Shown here piece by piece: positions 31,741 through 41,112 of a stretch of DNA of 64,000 nucleotides. A program made the translations under genes and the position numbers. Source of the stretch: Acidimicrobiia bacterium (lineage in GTDB: Bacteria; Actinomycetota; Acidimicrobiia; IMCC26256; PALSA-610); the NCBI GenBank assembly GCA_052148155.1, contig JBKQIY010000051.1, forward strand, positions 878 through 64,877, given 5' to 3'. Position 1 is the first letter of the stretch. The number at the start of each line of letters is the position of its first letter. The notes under the pieces are model-generated. The model saw only the letters and a program-made list of their open reading frames with translations, was not told the DNA's origin and searched no databases.

Positions 31741-32294
31741 TGCACGCCAAAGTCGGCGAAGCGCACGAAAAGATGCACAAAGCGGTTCTGCACATGCAAG
31801 AAGAGTTCTCCGGGATCCGTACCGGACGTGCCACTCCTGCCATCGTCGAGAAGCTGCGGGTCGACTACTACGGGTCCGAGCTGCCGCTGCAGCAGCTCGC
31901 GAGCTTTTCGGTCCCTGAGCCGAGGGTGCTCGTCATCGCCGCGTACGACAAGAGTGCGATCAAAGCGATCGAGAAGGCGATCCAGGCGAGCGACGTCGGG
32001 GTCACACCCTCGAATGACGGTACCGTGATCCGCCTCACATTCCCCGAGCTCACTGCGGAACGCCGCAAGCAGATGGTCAAGGTCGTCAAAGCACGCGCGG
32101 AAGACGGCCGGGTCGCGGTCCGCAACGTGCGCCGCCACGTCCGCCAGGAACTCGAGCAACTCGAAAAGGACGGCGAGATCTCTCGCGACGACCTCGACCG
32201 CATCGAAAAGGACCTCGAGAAGCTGACCCATGACGTGATCGGCGAGATCGACACGATGTCGAGCCACAAGGAAAAGGAGCTGCTCGAAGTCTGA
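31740..32294 (+). CDS. frr: Ribosome recycling factor
   Basis: FSGIRTGRATPAIVE...V.YYGS..PL.QLA....PE.R...I..YDKS....IEKAI..SD.G..P..DG..IRL..P.LT.ERR. The start shares one base with the pyrH stop (TGATG). Confidence 0.93.
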
Positions 32295-32397
32295 CCGTCC
32301 CGTGAGTTGTGGCGTCCCAAGCCGGATGTGGCGGTGCCGCGCCTGCGGGGCGCGCCCGTCTAGCCTGCCCCGGTGAGGACGCGAGGGTGAGGAACAC

Positions 32398-34005
32398 GTG
32401 AGCGAGCCATACGACGACGAACGCCCCCCGGTTGAGGGAGTACGTATCCTCGGCGCCGAGGAAGCCCGAGCGAGCCTCGGTGAGATCCCCTCCGGCGACG
32501 ACGACCCGGTCGATCTCGAAGAGGCCGACGCGCAACTCGACCTACGCGAGACAGACCGGCCGTTGGGCTCGGCCAGCCGCCGGTCCGGGACCGGCGCGGA
32601 GAGCGAGTCGACCGCGGTCAACCCCGGCCGGGCCGGGAGGACCTGGTCGGCTGCCCACGACGACATCCTGCCCGGTCGGGAACCGGTGCGCGACCGCCCG
32701 CCCGTGACGTCTGGCAGCCCGGCCGACACCCGGGCGGTCGACGCTCGTCCCGGACAGGCCGAAGTGTTCGACACCGCAGCCGAAGCGGGCGGGGCCGTCG
32801 AGGCACGGCTGGAGGACGCACCGACCGGCGAGGTGCCTCCGCTGCCGCACTGGACCGAACCGCCGACCGGCGCGGTACCGGCGATCTTCGCGGATGACAG
32901 CGACACACCCGACGAGCTCGACACGTGGGCAACCGTCACCGGCGCGCAGCCACGATTCCGCGCTGGCTCCGACTGGGACGAGTCCGACTTCGCCGAAGAT
33001 CTCTCCGGCGAGGAGGCCAAACTCGGCGCGCTGTCAAACGAAGGTCCGGTCGACGAGGACGCGGCGTTCGAGCGTGACCTGGCGGCGCGCCGCCAGGGTC
33101 CCGCCGGCCGCGTCGGACGTGGCACGACGCCGCGTCGTCCACCCCGCACCCGCGCCCCAGCCGCGAGCCGCCTCGAATCGGACCGGCCGAGTCACGAGGC
33201 CCCGGCGCCTCGTGACCTTCCGACCGCGATCATGACGGGGTTGGCGGTCGCGGTGGTCGCGATCGTGAGCTTCACGCACAATGCAACGACTGTCGCGTTG
33301 GCTTGCGTCATCGTGGGCGTCGCCACGCTCGAGCTCGCGATGTCGCTTCGCAAGCGCGGTCTGCGTCCGGCGACGTTGGTTGCGCTGGTCGCAGCCACGT
33401 TGATGCCCGTCGCCGCCCGTCACTACGGTCCGTCCGCATATCCCGTGTTCTTCGGGATGGTGGTCATCGTTTCGATGTTGTGGTTCCTGTGGGAGATCAC
33501 GCCGGGACGGCCGCTGCCGGGAGTGGCGAGCACGGTGCTGGTCTTCGCGTACGTCGGCGGTCTCGGTGGCTTCTCGGGCCTCATTCTGGCGTCGCACAAC
33601 GGCGTACGCCTCCTCCTCGGCGTCGCGTTGTGCGTCATCGCCTACGACGTGGTCGGCTTCTTCGTCGGATCGCAGTTCGGACACACGGCCGTCGCGCCGA
33701 AGATTTCGCCGAACAAGACCGTAGAAGGCAGCGTCGCCGGCATGCTCGCGGCGGTCGTCGTCGGGGCGGCAATCGTCGGACAGTTCCATCCGTGGACCCC
33801 GGGCAAGGGGCTGGCGCTCGGAGTCCTCGTCGCCGCCGGCGCGTTCATGGGAGATCTGTGCGAGTCGATGCTCAAGCGTGACCTCGACTTGAAAGATTTC
33901 GGATCGCTGCTGCCCGGACACGGCGGCGTCCTCGACCGGTTCGACTCGTTGCTGTTCTGTCTGCCGATCGCGTACTACCTCGCCCTCCAGTTCAAGATTT
34001 TCTGA
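32398..34005 (+). CDS. cdsA: Phosphatidate cytidylyltransferase CdsA with about 270-aa acidic low-complexity N-terminal extension (start uncertain)
   Basis: C-terminal half: KISPNKTVEGSVAGML..GDLCESMLKRDLDLKDFGSLLPGHGGVLDRFDSLLF. The N-terminal half is acidic/Pro-rich with high third-position GC. Confidence 0.85.
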   Translation: MSEPYDDERPPVEGVRILGAEEARASLGEIPSGDDDPVDLEEADAQLDLRETDRPLGSASRRSGTGAESESTAVNPGRAGRTWSAAHDDILPGREPVRDRPPVTSGSPADTRAVDARPGQAEVFDTAAEAGGAVEARLEDAPTGEVPPLPHWTEPPTGAVPAIFADDSDTPDELDTWATVTGAQPRFRAGSDWDESDFAEDLSGEEAKLGALSNEGPVDEDAAFERDLAARRQGPAGRVGRGTTPRRPPRTRAPAASRLESDRPSHEAPAPRDLPTAIMTGLAVAVVAIVSFTHNATTVALACVIVGVATLELAMSLRKRGLRPATLVALVAATLMPVAARHYGPSAYPVFFGMVVIVSMLWFLWEITPGRPLPGVASTVLVFAYVGGLGGFSGLILASHNGVRLLLGVALCVIAYDVVGFFVGSQFGHTAVAPKISPNKTVEGSVAGMLAAVVVGAAIVGQFHPWTPGKGLALGVLVAAGAFMGDLCESMLKRDLDLKDFGSLLPGHGGVLDRFDSLLFCLPIAYYLALQFKIF

Positions 34006-34122
34006 ACGCGCAAGGGCGCGCCAACCGGGGCGGACGTCGTGTCTGAGTCCGCGTCACAGACCGGCTGGACGCAGGCAGGCGCCGCGGGCTGAGGGCCGCG
34101 TCCCAGCCCGTAGGCTGTCGTC

Positions 34123-35235
34123 ATGAAACGCGGCGTCGTGGTGCTCGGGTCGACCGGTTCGGTCGGAACGCAGGCGCTTGATGTCATAGCACGGCACCCC
34201 GACGAGTACAGGGTCGTTGCCCTCGCGGCCGGCAAGAACGTCGAGCTGCTCGCCCAGCAAGCACGCAAGTTTGGGGTGTCCAGCGATCTCGCACGATCGT
34301 GTCTCGACGCGCCGCAAACGCTGGCCGACCTCGCCGCTCACCCCGACGCCGACGTCGTCCTCAACGCGGTCGTCGGCTTCGCGGGCTTGCCGGCGACGAT
34401 CGGGGCGCTCGAAGCGGGGAAGCGACTCGCGCTCGCCAACAAGGAGAGCTTGATCGCGGCGGGTCCGATCGTGGCCAAGGCACGCGCGGCGGGCGGCGGC
34501 GAGATCGTGCCCGTCGACTCGGAGCACTCCGCGATCTGGCAGTGTCTGCGATCGGGGCGCCACAGCGAGGTCGCGCGCATCATCCTCACCGCGAGCGGCG
34601 GCCCGTTCCGCGGCCGTTCCCCCGCCGAGCTCGCGACGGTCACCCGCGCCGACGCCTTGCGTCATCCGACGTGGCAGATGGGGGCCAAGATCACCATCGA
34701 CTCGTCGACCTTGATGAACAAAGGGCTCGAGGTCATCGAGGCCCATGAACTGTTCGGCGTCGACTTCGACCACATTGACGTGGTCGTGCATCCCCAATCG
34801 ATCGTGCACGGAATGGTCGAGTTCCGCGACGGGGCCACGGTCGCGCAGCTCTCGACGCCGGACATGCGGCTCCCGATCGGGTTGGCTCTCGGGGCACCGG
34901 ATCGGCTGCCGGAGGCGTTCGGCGCGATCGACTGGTCGACGCTGGGGACGCTCACGTTCGAGCCGCCCGACCCGACGACATTCCGTTGTCTCGCGCTCGC
35001 CTACGAGGCCGGGCGGGTCGGTGGGACCGCGCCGGCGGTGCTGAGCGCGGCGAACGAGATCGCGGTCGAAGCGTTCCTCGCCGAGCGCATCCCGTGGACC
35101 GGTATCGCCGAAATCGTTGAGGAAGTCCTGAACGCCGGGACCGGCAGCGCCGATGAGGTCGCCGACGTGCTGGCCGCCGACGAGGTCGCACGGGGACGGG
35201 CGCGGGCCTTGGCCGTACGAAGGAGCGTCGAGTGA
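34123..35235 (+). CDS. dxr: 1-deoxy-D-xylulose-5-phosphate reductoisomerase
   Basis: VLGSTGSVGTQALDV..LANKESL..VDSEHSAIWQC..LTASGGPFR..HP.W.MG.KITIDS.T.MNKGLE.IEA. Confidence 0.94.
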   Translation: MKRGVVVLGSTGSVGTQALDVIARHPDEYRVVALAAGKNVELLAQQARKFGVSSDLARSCLDAPQTLADLAAHPDADVVLNAVVGFAGLPATIGALEAGKRLALANKESLIAAGPIVAKARAAGGGEIVPVDSEHSAIWQCLRSGRHSEVARIILTASGGPFRGRSPAELATVTRADALRHPTWQMGAKITIDSSTLMNKGLEVIEAHELFGVDFDHIDVVVHPQSIVHGMVEFRDGATVAQLSTPDMRLPIGLALGAPDRLPEAFGAIDWSTLGTLTFEPPDPTTFRCLALAYEAGRVGGTAPAVLSAANEIAVEAFLAERIPWTGIAEIVEEVLNAGTGSADEVADVLAADEVARGRARALAVRRSVE

Positions 35236-36461
35236 GGGACCCGTTCGAGCAGGTCACCGTCCGAGGGCGCAAGGCGATCATGCTCACGCTCGCGGGTGCG
35301 CTGTTGCTGTTCGCGTACGCGCTCGTGTTCCCCACCCAGGTCGCCGTCATCGGCGTCGTGCTGACGTTGCCGCTGATCATCATGCTGCACGAGGCCGCCC
35401 ACTTCGTCGCCGCGAAACGCTCCGGCATGAAGGTCACCGAGTTCTTCGTCGGATTCGGTCCGCGGATCTGGTCGTTCCGGCGCGGCGAGACCGAATACGG
35501 CATCAAGGCGGTCGTGCTCGGCGGATACTGCCGCATTGTCGGCATGACCAACCTTGAAGACGTTGCGCCCGAAGACGAGACGCGCGCGTATCGGTCGAAG
35601 GGCTATCTCGCCCGCGTCGTCGTCGCCGCGGCCGGCCCGGCCGTGCATTTCGTGATCGCGTTCGTGTTGATGTTCTCGTTGTTGTTCGTCGCCGGCGATC
35701 TGCGTCACGAGCAGGCGCTCACCAAACTGGATGCTGTCTCGTTGGGTGCGCAGCAGGCAGGTCTGAAGGCGGGTGACACACTCGTCTCCATCGACGGGAC
35801 GCCGGTGCACCAATGGGATCAGGTCGCCGGTCTCATCCAACGTCACCACGCAGGTGATCGCGTCGCGATCGTCGTCGATCGTGGTTCGGCTCGCGTGGCG
35901 AAGGACGTCACCCTCGCCCGCCACGTGTTCGACGGTCAGAGCGAGGTCGTCGCCGGAATCACCGCGACGGTCGCAGTGCCCCGGCCGTCGTTCGTGGCGT
36001 CGCTCACCATGGCTCCCGGTCAGGTGGTGTCGGTGGTGCACGAAGCTGTCGACGCGCTCGGACAGATCTTCTCGCCGTCGGGTATGACGAAGTATTTCCA
36101 TGTCCTCGACGGGACCGATAAGAGCAAGGTCGACAACGAGCAACGGTTCCTGTCGCCGGTCGGATTCGCGCAGGTTGCCGCCCAAGCAGTGAGCGCAGGC
36201 TGGGTCGCGGTGGTCGGGCTCCTCCTCGTCATCAACGTGTTCCTCGGCCTGGTCAACCTCGTGCCGCTGTTGCCGTTCGACGGTGGCTACATCGCCATCG
36301 CGACCGCGGAGCAGGTCGCGTCGATCGTGATGCGCCGTAAAGTCCGGGTCGACGCGGCCAAATTGATGCCGATTGCGGGTGCAGTGCTGGTCGTGCTGCT
36401 CTTCATCCTCGTGTCGTCGCTGTTCCTCGATATCACCCACCCGGTCGCCAACCCGTTCTGA
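35232..36461 (+). CDS. rseP: M50-family site-2 (RIP) zinc metalloprotease with PDZ domain
   Basis: HEAAHFVAAK (HExxH)..GGYCRIVGM.. PDZ-like GLKAGDTLVSIDG.. NLVPLLPFDGG. Confidence 0.88.
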   Translation: MRDPFEQVTVRGRKAIMLTLAGALLLFAYALVFPTQVAVIGVVLTLPLIIMLHEAAHFVAAKRSGMKVTEFFVGFGPRIWSFRRGETEYGIKAVVLGGYCRIVGMTNLEDVAPEDETRAYRSKGYLARVVVAAAGPAVHFVIAFVLMFSLLFVAGDLRHEQALTKLDAVSLGAQQAGLKAGDTLVSIDGTPVHQWDQVAGLIQRHHAGDRVAIVVDRGSARVAKDVTLARHVFDGQSEVVAGITATVAVPRPSFVASLTMAPGQVVSVVHEAVDALGQIFSPSGMTKYFHVLDGTDKSKVDNEQRFLSPVGFAQVAAQAVSAGWVAVVGLLLVINVFLGLVNLVPLLPFDGGYIAIATAEQVASIVMRRKVRVDAAKLMPIAGAVLVVLLFILVSSLFLDITHPVANPF

Positions 36462-36620
36462 TGGGTTGAGGCCGCGACGAGCTGCAGGCATTCCGTGACC
36501 GGTGAGACAGGCCGGCCGTCCGGGACTGCGCGGCGGCGCGCCTCGACCCGATCGTGGAGATGTGGTGATGATCGGGTGAACAGTCTCATGTCGCTCCTCA
36601 CCAAGACATAGCCTGGCGAC

Positions 36621-37823
36621 GTGTACGAACGGCGAGCGACCCGTCAGGTGATGGTGGGCACGGTGCCTGTCGGCGGCGACGCACGCGTGTCGGTGCAGTC
36701 GATGACCACGACCAAAACCGCCGATGTCGACGGCACGCTCGCGCAGATCTACGCGCTCGCGGCCGCCGGAGCCGACATTGTGCGCTGCACATGCAATGAA
36801 GAAGACGCGGCGCTCGGTCTCGCACAGATCGTCCCCCGCTCGCCGGTCCCGATCGTCGCCGACATCCATTTCCAGTACAAGCTTGCGCTCGCCGCAATCG
36901 AAGCCGGGGTGCAGGCCCTTCGTCTCAATCCTGGCAATATCCGCAAGCCGGAACACATCAAGCTGGTGGCCCGCGAAGCCAAGGACCACGGACTGCCGAT
37001 CCGGATCGGCGTCAATGCAGGTTCCCTCGATCCGGCAATGGCCGAACGTCACGGCGGCATCACACCCGAAGCGCTCGTCGCGTCAGCGATGCACGAACTC
37101 GACTTGTTCCGTGAAGTTGACTTCGACGACGTGAAGATCGCGGTGAAGGCATCGAACGTGCCGCTCATGATCGACGCCTACCGGCTGCTCTCCCAGACGA
37201 CCGATCATCCCCTGCATCTCGGTGTGACCGAAGCGGGGCCGATGCCTCAAGGTTTGATCAAGTCGGTCGCGGGTATCGCGACGTTGCTCGCCGAAGGTAT
37301 CGGCGACACGATCCGCTTCTCGTTGACCGCCGATCCGGTCGAGGAGGCGAAAGCCGGCAAGGTGCTGCTCGAATCGTTGGGGTTGCGCGAACGAAAAGGC
37401 CTCGACCTGATCGCGTGTCCGTCGTGCGGACGCGCCGAGGTTGACGTCATCGGAATTGCCGCGGCCGCGCAGGCCGCACTCGAAGAACGCAAGATTCCGC
37501 TGCAGGTCGCGGTGATGGGCTGCGTTGTGAACGGGCCGGGCGAGGCGCGCGAGGCCGACCTCGGGATCGCGGGCGGTCGCGGCAAAGGACACCTTTTCGT
37601 GAAGGGACACGTGGTACGCGTCGTTCCGGAAGCGGAGATGGTCGACGCGCTCGTCGACGAAGCCGAGCGCATCATGGCCGAAGGCATCGAAGCTCGGATC
37701 GCGGCGGCTGACGTGGGAGCGGCCGCGGAGGCCGAGGCAACTCGTGACGAACTGCTCCAGATTCAGGGCCGCGACGCGAACAACACCCACGATCGGGAAG
37801 CACGCATCCGTGAGATGACCTGA
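36621..37823 (+). CDS. ispG: 4-hydroxy-3-methylbut-2-en-1-yl diphosphate synthase
   Basis: V.VQSMTTTKT.DV..T..QI..L..AG.DIVR..VADIHF..LRLNPGNI..IRIGVN.GSL..ACPSCGR..MGCVVNGPGE. Confidence 0.94.
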   Translation: MYERRATRQVMVGTVPVGGDARVSVQSMTTTKTADVDGTLAQIYALAAAGADIVRCTCNEEDAALGLAQIVPRSPVPIVADIHFQYKLALAAIEAGVQALRLNPGNIRKPEHIKLVAREAKDHGLPIRIGVNAGSLDPAMAERHGGITPEALVASAMHELDLFREVDFDDVKIAVKASNVPLMIDAYRLLSQTTDHPLHLGVTEAGPMPQGLIKSVAGIATLLAEGIGDTIRFSLTADPVEEAKAGKVLLESLGLRERKGLDLIACPSCGRAEVDVIGIAAAAQAALEERKIPLQVAVMGCVVNGPGEAREADLGIAGGRGKGHLFVKGHVVRVVPEAEMVDALVDEAERIMAEGIEARIAAADVGAAAEAEATRDELLQIQGRDANNTHDREARIREMT

Positions 37824-37859
37824 CGATGAAGGCACACCTCACCGCCGTACTCTGAAGGG

Positions 37860-38570
37860 GTGACCGAACCGGAACGTGGGACGCCTGTCGGCCGGCGAGT
37901 GTTCCTCGGACTGGTCGGGTTAGGCGCGGCGGGAGTCGTCGTCGGCGCGAAGGTGCAGGACTGGCTCGAGCAGGTGATGGCCCCGATCGAGGCCAAGGAC
38001 TTCACCGGGATCACGTCGCTGCTCCCGTTCGGGAACTACCGCTTCTATTCGATCACGGGTGACTTCCCCCATCGTGCCCGCGACAAGTACACGCTGCAGG
38101 TGGGGGGACTCGTGAACGAGCCGTTCACGATCTCGTACGCGGAACTCACCGCGATGCCTTCGGTGACGTTGAAGCGCGACTTTCAGTGCGTCACGGGCTG
38201 GCGGGTTCCCGATCAGCACTGGACCGGCGTCGTGCTGTCGAGGCTGTTGGACCGCGCCGGCGTCAAGCCAGAAGCGACCGCGTTGCGGTTCGTGTCGTTC
38301 GACGGCGAATACACCGAGAGTCTGACGCTCTCCCAGGCACGCCGGCCCGACGTGATGGTCGCCTACGAGCTTGAAGGCAAGCCGCTCTCCACCGACCACG
38401 GCGGCCCCGCTCGTCTGTACGTCGCGCCGATGTATGGATACAAGTCGTGCAAGTGGCTGCAGAGCATCGAGCTCACCGCCGAAGTCGAACCGGGCTACTG
38501 GGAGCAAAACGGTTACGCCGTCAACGGTTGGGTCGGCCACAGCAACGGGCGGGACGACGCGCCGACATGA
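37860..38570 (+). CDS. Molybdopterin-dependent oxidoreductase (sulfite-oxidase/YedY-like fold) with twin-arginine signal
   Basis: RRVFLGLVGLGAAGVVVGA (Tat-like)..DFQCVTGWRVPDQHWTGV..HGGPARLYVAPMYGYKSCKWL. Confidence 0.8.
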   Translation: MTEPERGTPVGRRVFLGLVGLGAAGVVVGAKVQDWLEQVMAPIEAKDFTGITSLLPFGNYRFYSITGDFPHRARDKYTLQVGGLVNEPFTISYAELTAMPSVTLKRDFQCVTGWRVPDQHWTGVVLSRLLDRAGVKPEATALRFVSFDGEYTESLTLSQARRPDVMVAYELEGKPLSTDHGGPARLYVAPMYGYKSCKWLQSIELTAEVEPGYWEQNGYAVNGWVGHSNGRDDAPT

Positions 38571-39352
38571 GTCAGGTCCACACCGTTCCGACGGCCTCGG
38601 CGCCGCAGCAGCTTCCCCGGTTCGATCGGGTGGAGCGGTATGCGCACTGGTGTACCGCGACCCTTATGTTGATCCTGCTGTTCACCGGGTTCAGCTTGTA
38701 CGCCGGACCGCTGTCGCAGTTGGTCGGCCGGCGCCTGTTGGTGCGCACCGTGCACCTCTACGCGGGGCTCCTGCTGCCGATTCCGGTGCTCGTCGCCATC
38801 TCGCTGCGGGCCGGTGGACAGCTGCGAGAGGACCTCGGTCGTTTGAACCGCTGGACGCGCGATGACCGCGGGTGGTGGTCGAAACGGCGGCGTGCGAATG
38901 TGCGGCTCGGAAAGTTCAATCCCGGACAGAAGCTCAACGCGACGTTCATCGGTGCCGCGATGGCCGTGATGTTGATGAGCGGATCGATCTTGAAGTGGTA
39001 CGGCCCGTTCTCCGACTCGTGGCGTCAAGGTGCGACCTTCGTGCACGACTGGTTCGCGATCGGCTTGCTGTTCGCGATCATTGGTCACATCACGCTTGCG
39101 TTTCGCGATCCGGACGCGCTCAACGGCATGTTGCACGGTTGGGTCAAGCCCGGTTGGGCAAAGTTGCACCGGCCCCGGTGGTATGCGGAGATGGTCGGCT
39201 TAGACGACGGCGGCGCGTCCGACACGGTCCGCGACGTTGGTGCACGCGCCGCGCAGAACACGTCCGAACCCGGGCTGAGCGCACGCGAGGTGTCCGTCGT
39301 CGATCCGGTGCACGGTCGCGCCGGAGATGGCGTCGACAAGCGCGAGTTGTAG
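38567..39352 (+). CDS. Cytochrome b (b561/FdnI-like) membrane subunit, partner of the Mo-enzyme
   Basis: RFDRVERYAHWCTATLMLILLFTGFSLY..VHLYAGLLL..KFNPGQKLNA..FVHDWFAIGLLFAIIGHITLAF. ATGA coupling to the upstream gene. The last roughly 50 codons overlap the convergent hydrolase gene. Confidence 0.75.
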   Translation: MSQVHTVPTASAPQQLPRFDRVERYAHWCTATLMLILLFTGFSLYAGPLSQLVGRRLLVRTVHLYAGLLLPIPVLVAISLRAGGQLREDLGRLNRWTRDDRGWWSKRRRANVRLGKFNPGQKLNATFIGAAMAVMLMSGSILKWYGPFSDSWRQGATFVHDWFAIGLLFAIIGHITLAFRDPDALNGMLHGWVKPGWAKLHRPRWYAEMVGLDDGGASDTVRDVGARAAQNTSEPGLSAREVSVVDPVHGRAGDGVDKREL

Positions 39353-40132
39353 CTCGGGCCGTACCGCGCGGTCGCGGGTGGTGCACACGACCGAAGTCGG
39401 GACGTCGACCTGGTCGATCCAGCGGTTGGCGTTGTAGGTGCCGATCGAATGGCCGGCCTCGACGATTGAACGCCAATCGTGGCGTCGCATCTCATCGGCG
39501 ATCCACTGTGGGAGTCGCGACTGGCGTACCCCCCATGCCGGCAGTGACGGCACCGCAAGCGTCAATGTTGCGACGCGCGCTGCGGTGACTGCGCTCAGCA
39601 TCGCGGACTGGTAGGAGATCCGAGAATGCCGGTTCGGCATGAATCCGGCCGACGTCGCGCACAACACGAGCCCCGACACGAGGTCGCGGTGACGTCTCCA
39701 CAGCAGCTGCGCGATCGGTCCGCCCATCGAATATCCCACGACGATCACCGGTCCGGTTCCGAGTTCGAGGAGCGTGGCTGCGCAGTCGTCGGCGCAGTCG
39801 GCCAGCCGGAACACCCGCCGCGAGCGGATCCCTTGCCCGTGGCCGCGCAGGTCGGGCGCGACGACCCGGAACCGGTCGCCGAGGGTGTCGAAGGCCCGGA
39901 ACCAGTTCAGTCCGCCGGTCGCGACCCAGCCGTGCAGGAGCAGCACGGTCGGCGCGCCTTTCGGGCCGGGAACCTCGCGGATGAACGTCGTACCCCGACG
40001 GGCCAGCTGGATGCGGCGACCGGGCGCGAAGATCGGGTCAGGTCCGCCGGCCGTCGCGCGTCCAATCGCGGCAGCATCGACGGTGAGCGGGCGACTCGGG
40101 CCCATCGGTCGGTCCTCCTGGAGTCGACGCAT
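39200..40132 (-). CDS. Alpha/beta hydrolase
   Basis: VLLLHGWVATG..APDLRGHG..VVGYSMGGPIA (nucleophile elbow)..DDGHLA. Confidence 0.85.
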   Translation of the reverse strand: MRRLQEDRPMGPSRPLTVDAAAIGRATAGGPDPIFAPGRRIQLARRGTTFIREVPGPKGAPTVLLLHGWVATGGLNWFRAFDTLGDRFRVVAPDLRGHGQGIRSRRVFRLADCADDCAATLLELGTGPVIVVGYSMGGPIAQLLWRRHRDLVSGLVLCATSAGFMPNRHSRISYQSAMLSAVTAARVATLTLAVPSLPAWGVRQSRLPQWIADEMRRHDWRSIVEAGHSIGTYNANRWIDQVDVPTSVVCTTRDRAVRPELQLALVDAISGATVHRIDDGHLACAQPGFGRVLRGACTNVADRVGRAAVV

Positions 40133-40189
40133 CCGTGCATCGCTCTCAAGATGCTGACACAGATATCAGCGTTCGGGAACCCTTTGATG

Positions 40190-40951
40190 TTAGTTCCGCT
40201 CGAACCAGAAACAGTCGACCCGGTAGGGCACGGCCAGTTCGGTGTGTCCTTGGACGTCGGGGTGGCCGGCCAGCACCGCCCGGACCTCGTCGAGCACGGC
40301 GGCCCGTTCGTCGCCGGGGAGTACCGCGACGTGGCTGACCGAAGCGACCCGCTGGACCATGGCTTCGGGGGTCGTTGCCTGAACGTGGCGGAACTGGGCC
40401 GAGTGCAGGGCGCCGAACCCGGGCAGCGCACGGAACGCGCGGTCGCTCCAATCGTCGTGATTCCGCCAAGGCGCACGCTTTTCGACGCGATCCATGATCG
40501 TCCATATCTCGTCGACCCACGCGACGCTGCGATCGCGGGCGTTCCATACCAGGCCGACTCGACCCCCGCCGCGCACGGTCCGTGCCAGCTCTGCGATTGC
40601 ACGATCGTGGTCGAACCAATGGAAGGCTTGCGCGACGGTCACCGCGTCGATCGATCCGTCGCGGAACGCGAGTTGCTCGGCTGTGGTTGCGACGACCGGG
40701 ACGTCGGGCACGAAGGTGCGGAACGTCGCACGCATGCCGGCGACGGGCTCGGCCGCGACCAGGTCCGCGCCGGTGGACGTGAGGAGCCGGGTGAGCTTGC
40801 CGGTCCCGGCCGCGAGGTCGACGACGTGATGTCCAGGTCCGATGCGGAGATGCTCGACGAGCCACGCGACGGCGTCGTGCGGATACGAGGGCCGGGCCGC
40901 TTCGTAGTCGGCTGGATTGGAGAACCCGACAGCCGCGACCTCGTGCACCAT
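40190..40951 (-). CDS. Class I SAM-dependent methyltransferase
   Basis: HHVVDLAAGTGKLTRLL..GSIDAVTVAQAFHWFD. The internal ATG (MVHEVAAV) was chosen. The upstream part of the 382-aa track ORF is Arg-rich and non-protein-like. Confidence 0.82.
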   Translation of the reverse strand: MVHEVAAVGFSNPADYEAARPSYPHDAVAWLVEHLRIGPGHHVVDLAAGTGKLTRLLTSTGADLVAAEPVAGMRATFRTFVPDVPVVATTAEQLAFRDGSIDAVTVAQAFHWFDHDRAIAELARTVRGGGRVGLVWNARDRSVAWVDEIWTIMDRVEKRAPWRNHDDWSDRAFRALPGFGALHSAQFRHVQATTPEAMVQRVASVSHVAVLPGDERAAVLDEVRAVLAGHPDVQGHTELAVPYRVDCFWFERN

Positions 40952-41112
40952 GGGCCCATTCTCGCGTGCGCAGCGACGAGCGCGCATGCCGACCGCAGCG
41001 GTGTCACCAAAGCGGATGGCGGCCAGGGTCGGGTATCGGTGTCGTTGGGGCTTGGTACCAACACCCCAATGTTGTCGGTCGGGCCGGCGCGGGCGGGGTC
41101 GCCGAGCCGTGA

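Noticed and set aside
35001-37052. 683-aa minus-strand ORF spanning rseP and ispG
   Set aside because: It is antisense to two well-supported plus-strand genes and has low-complexity composition.
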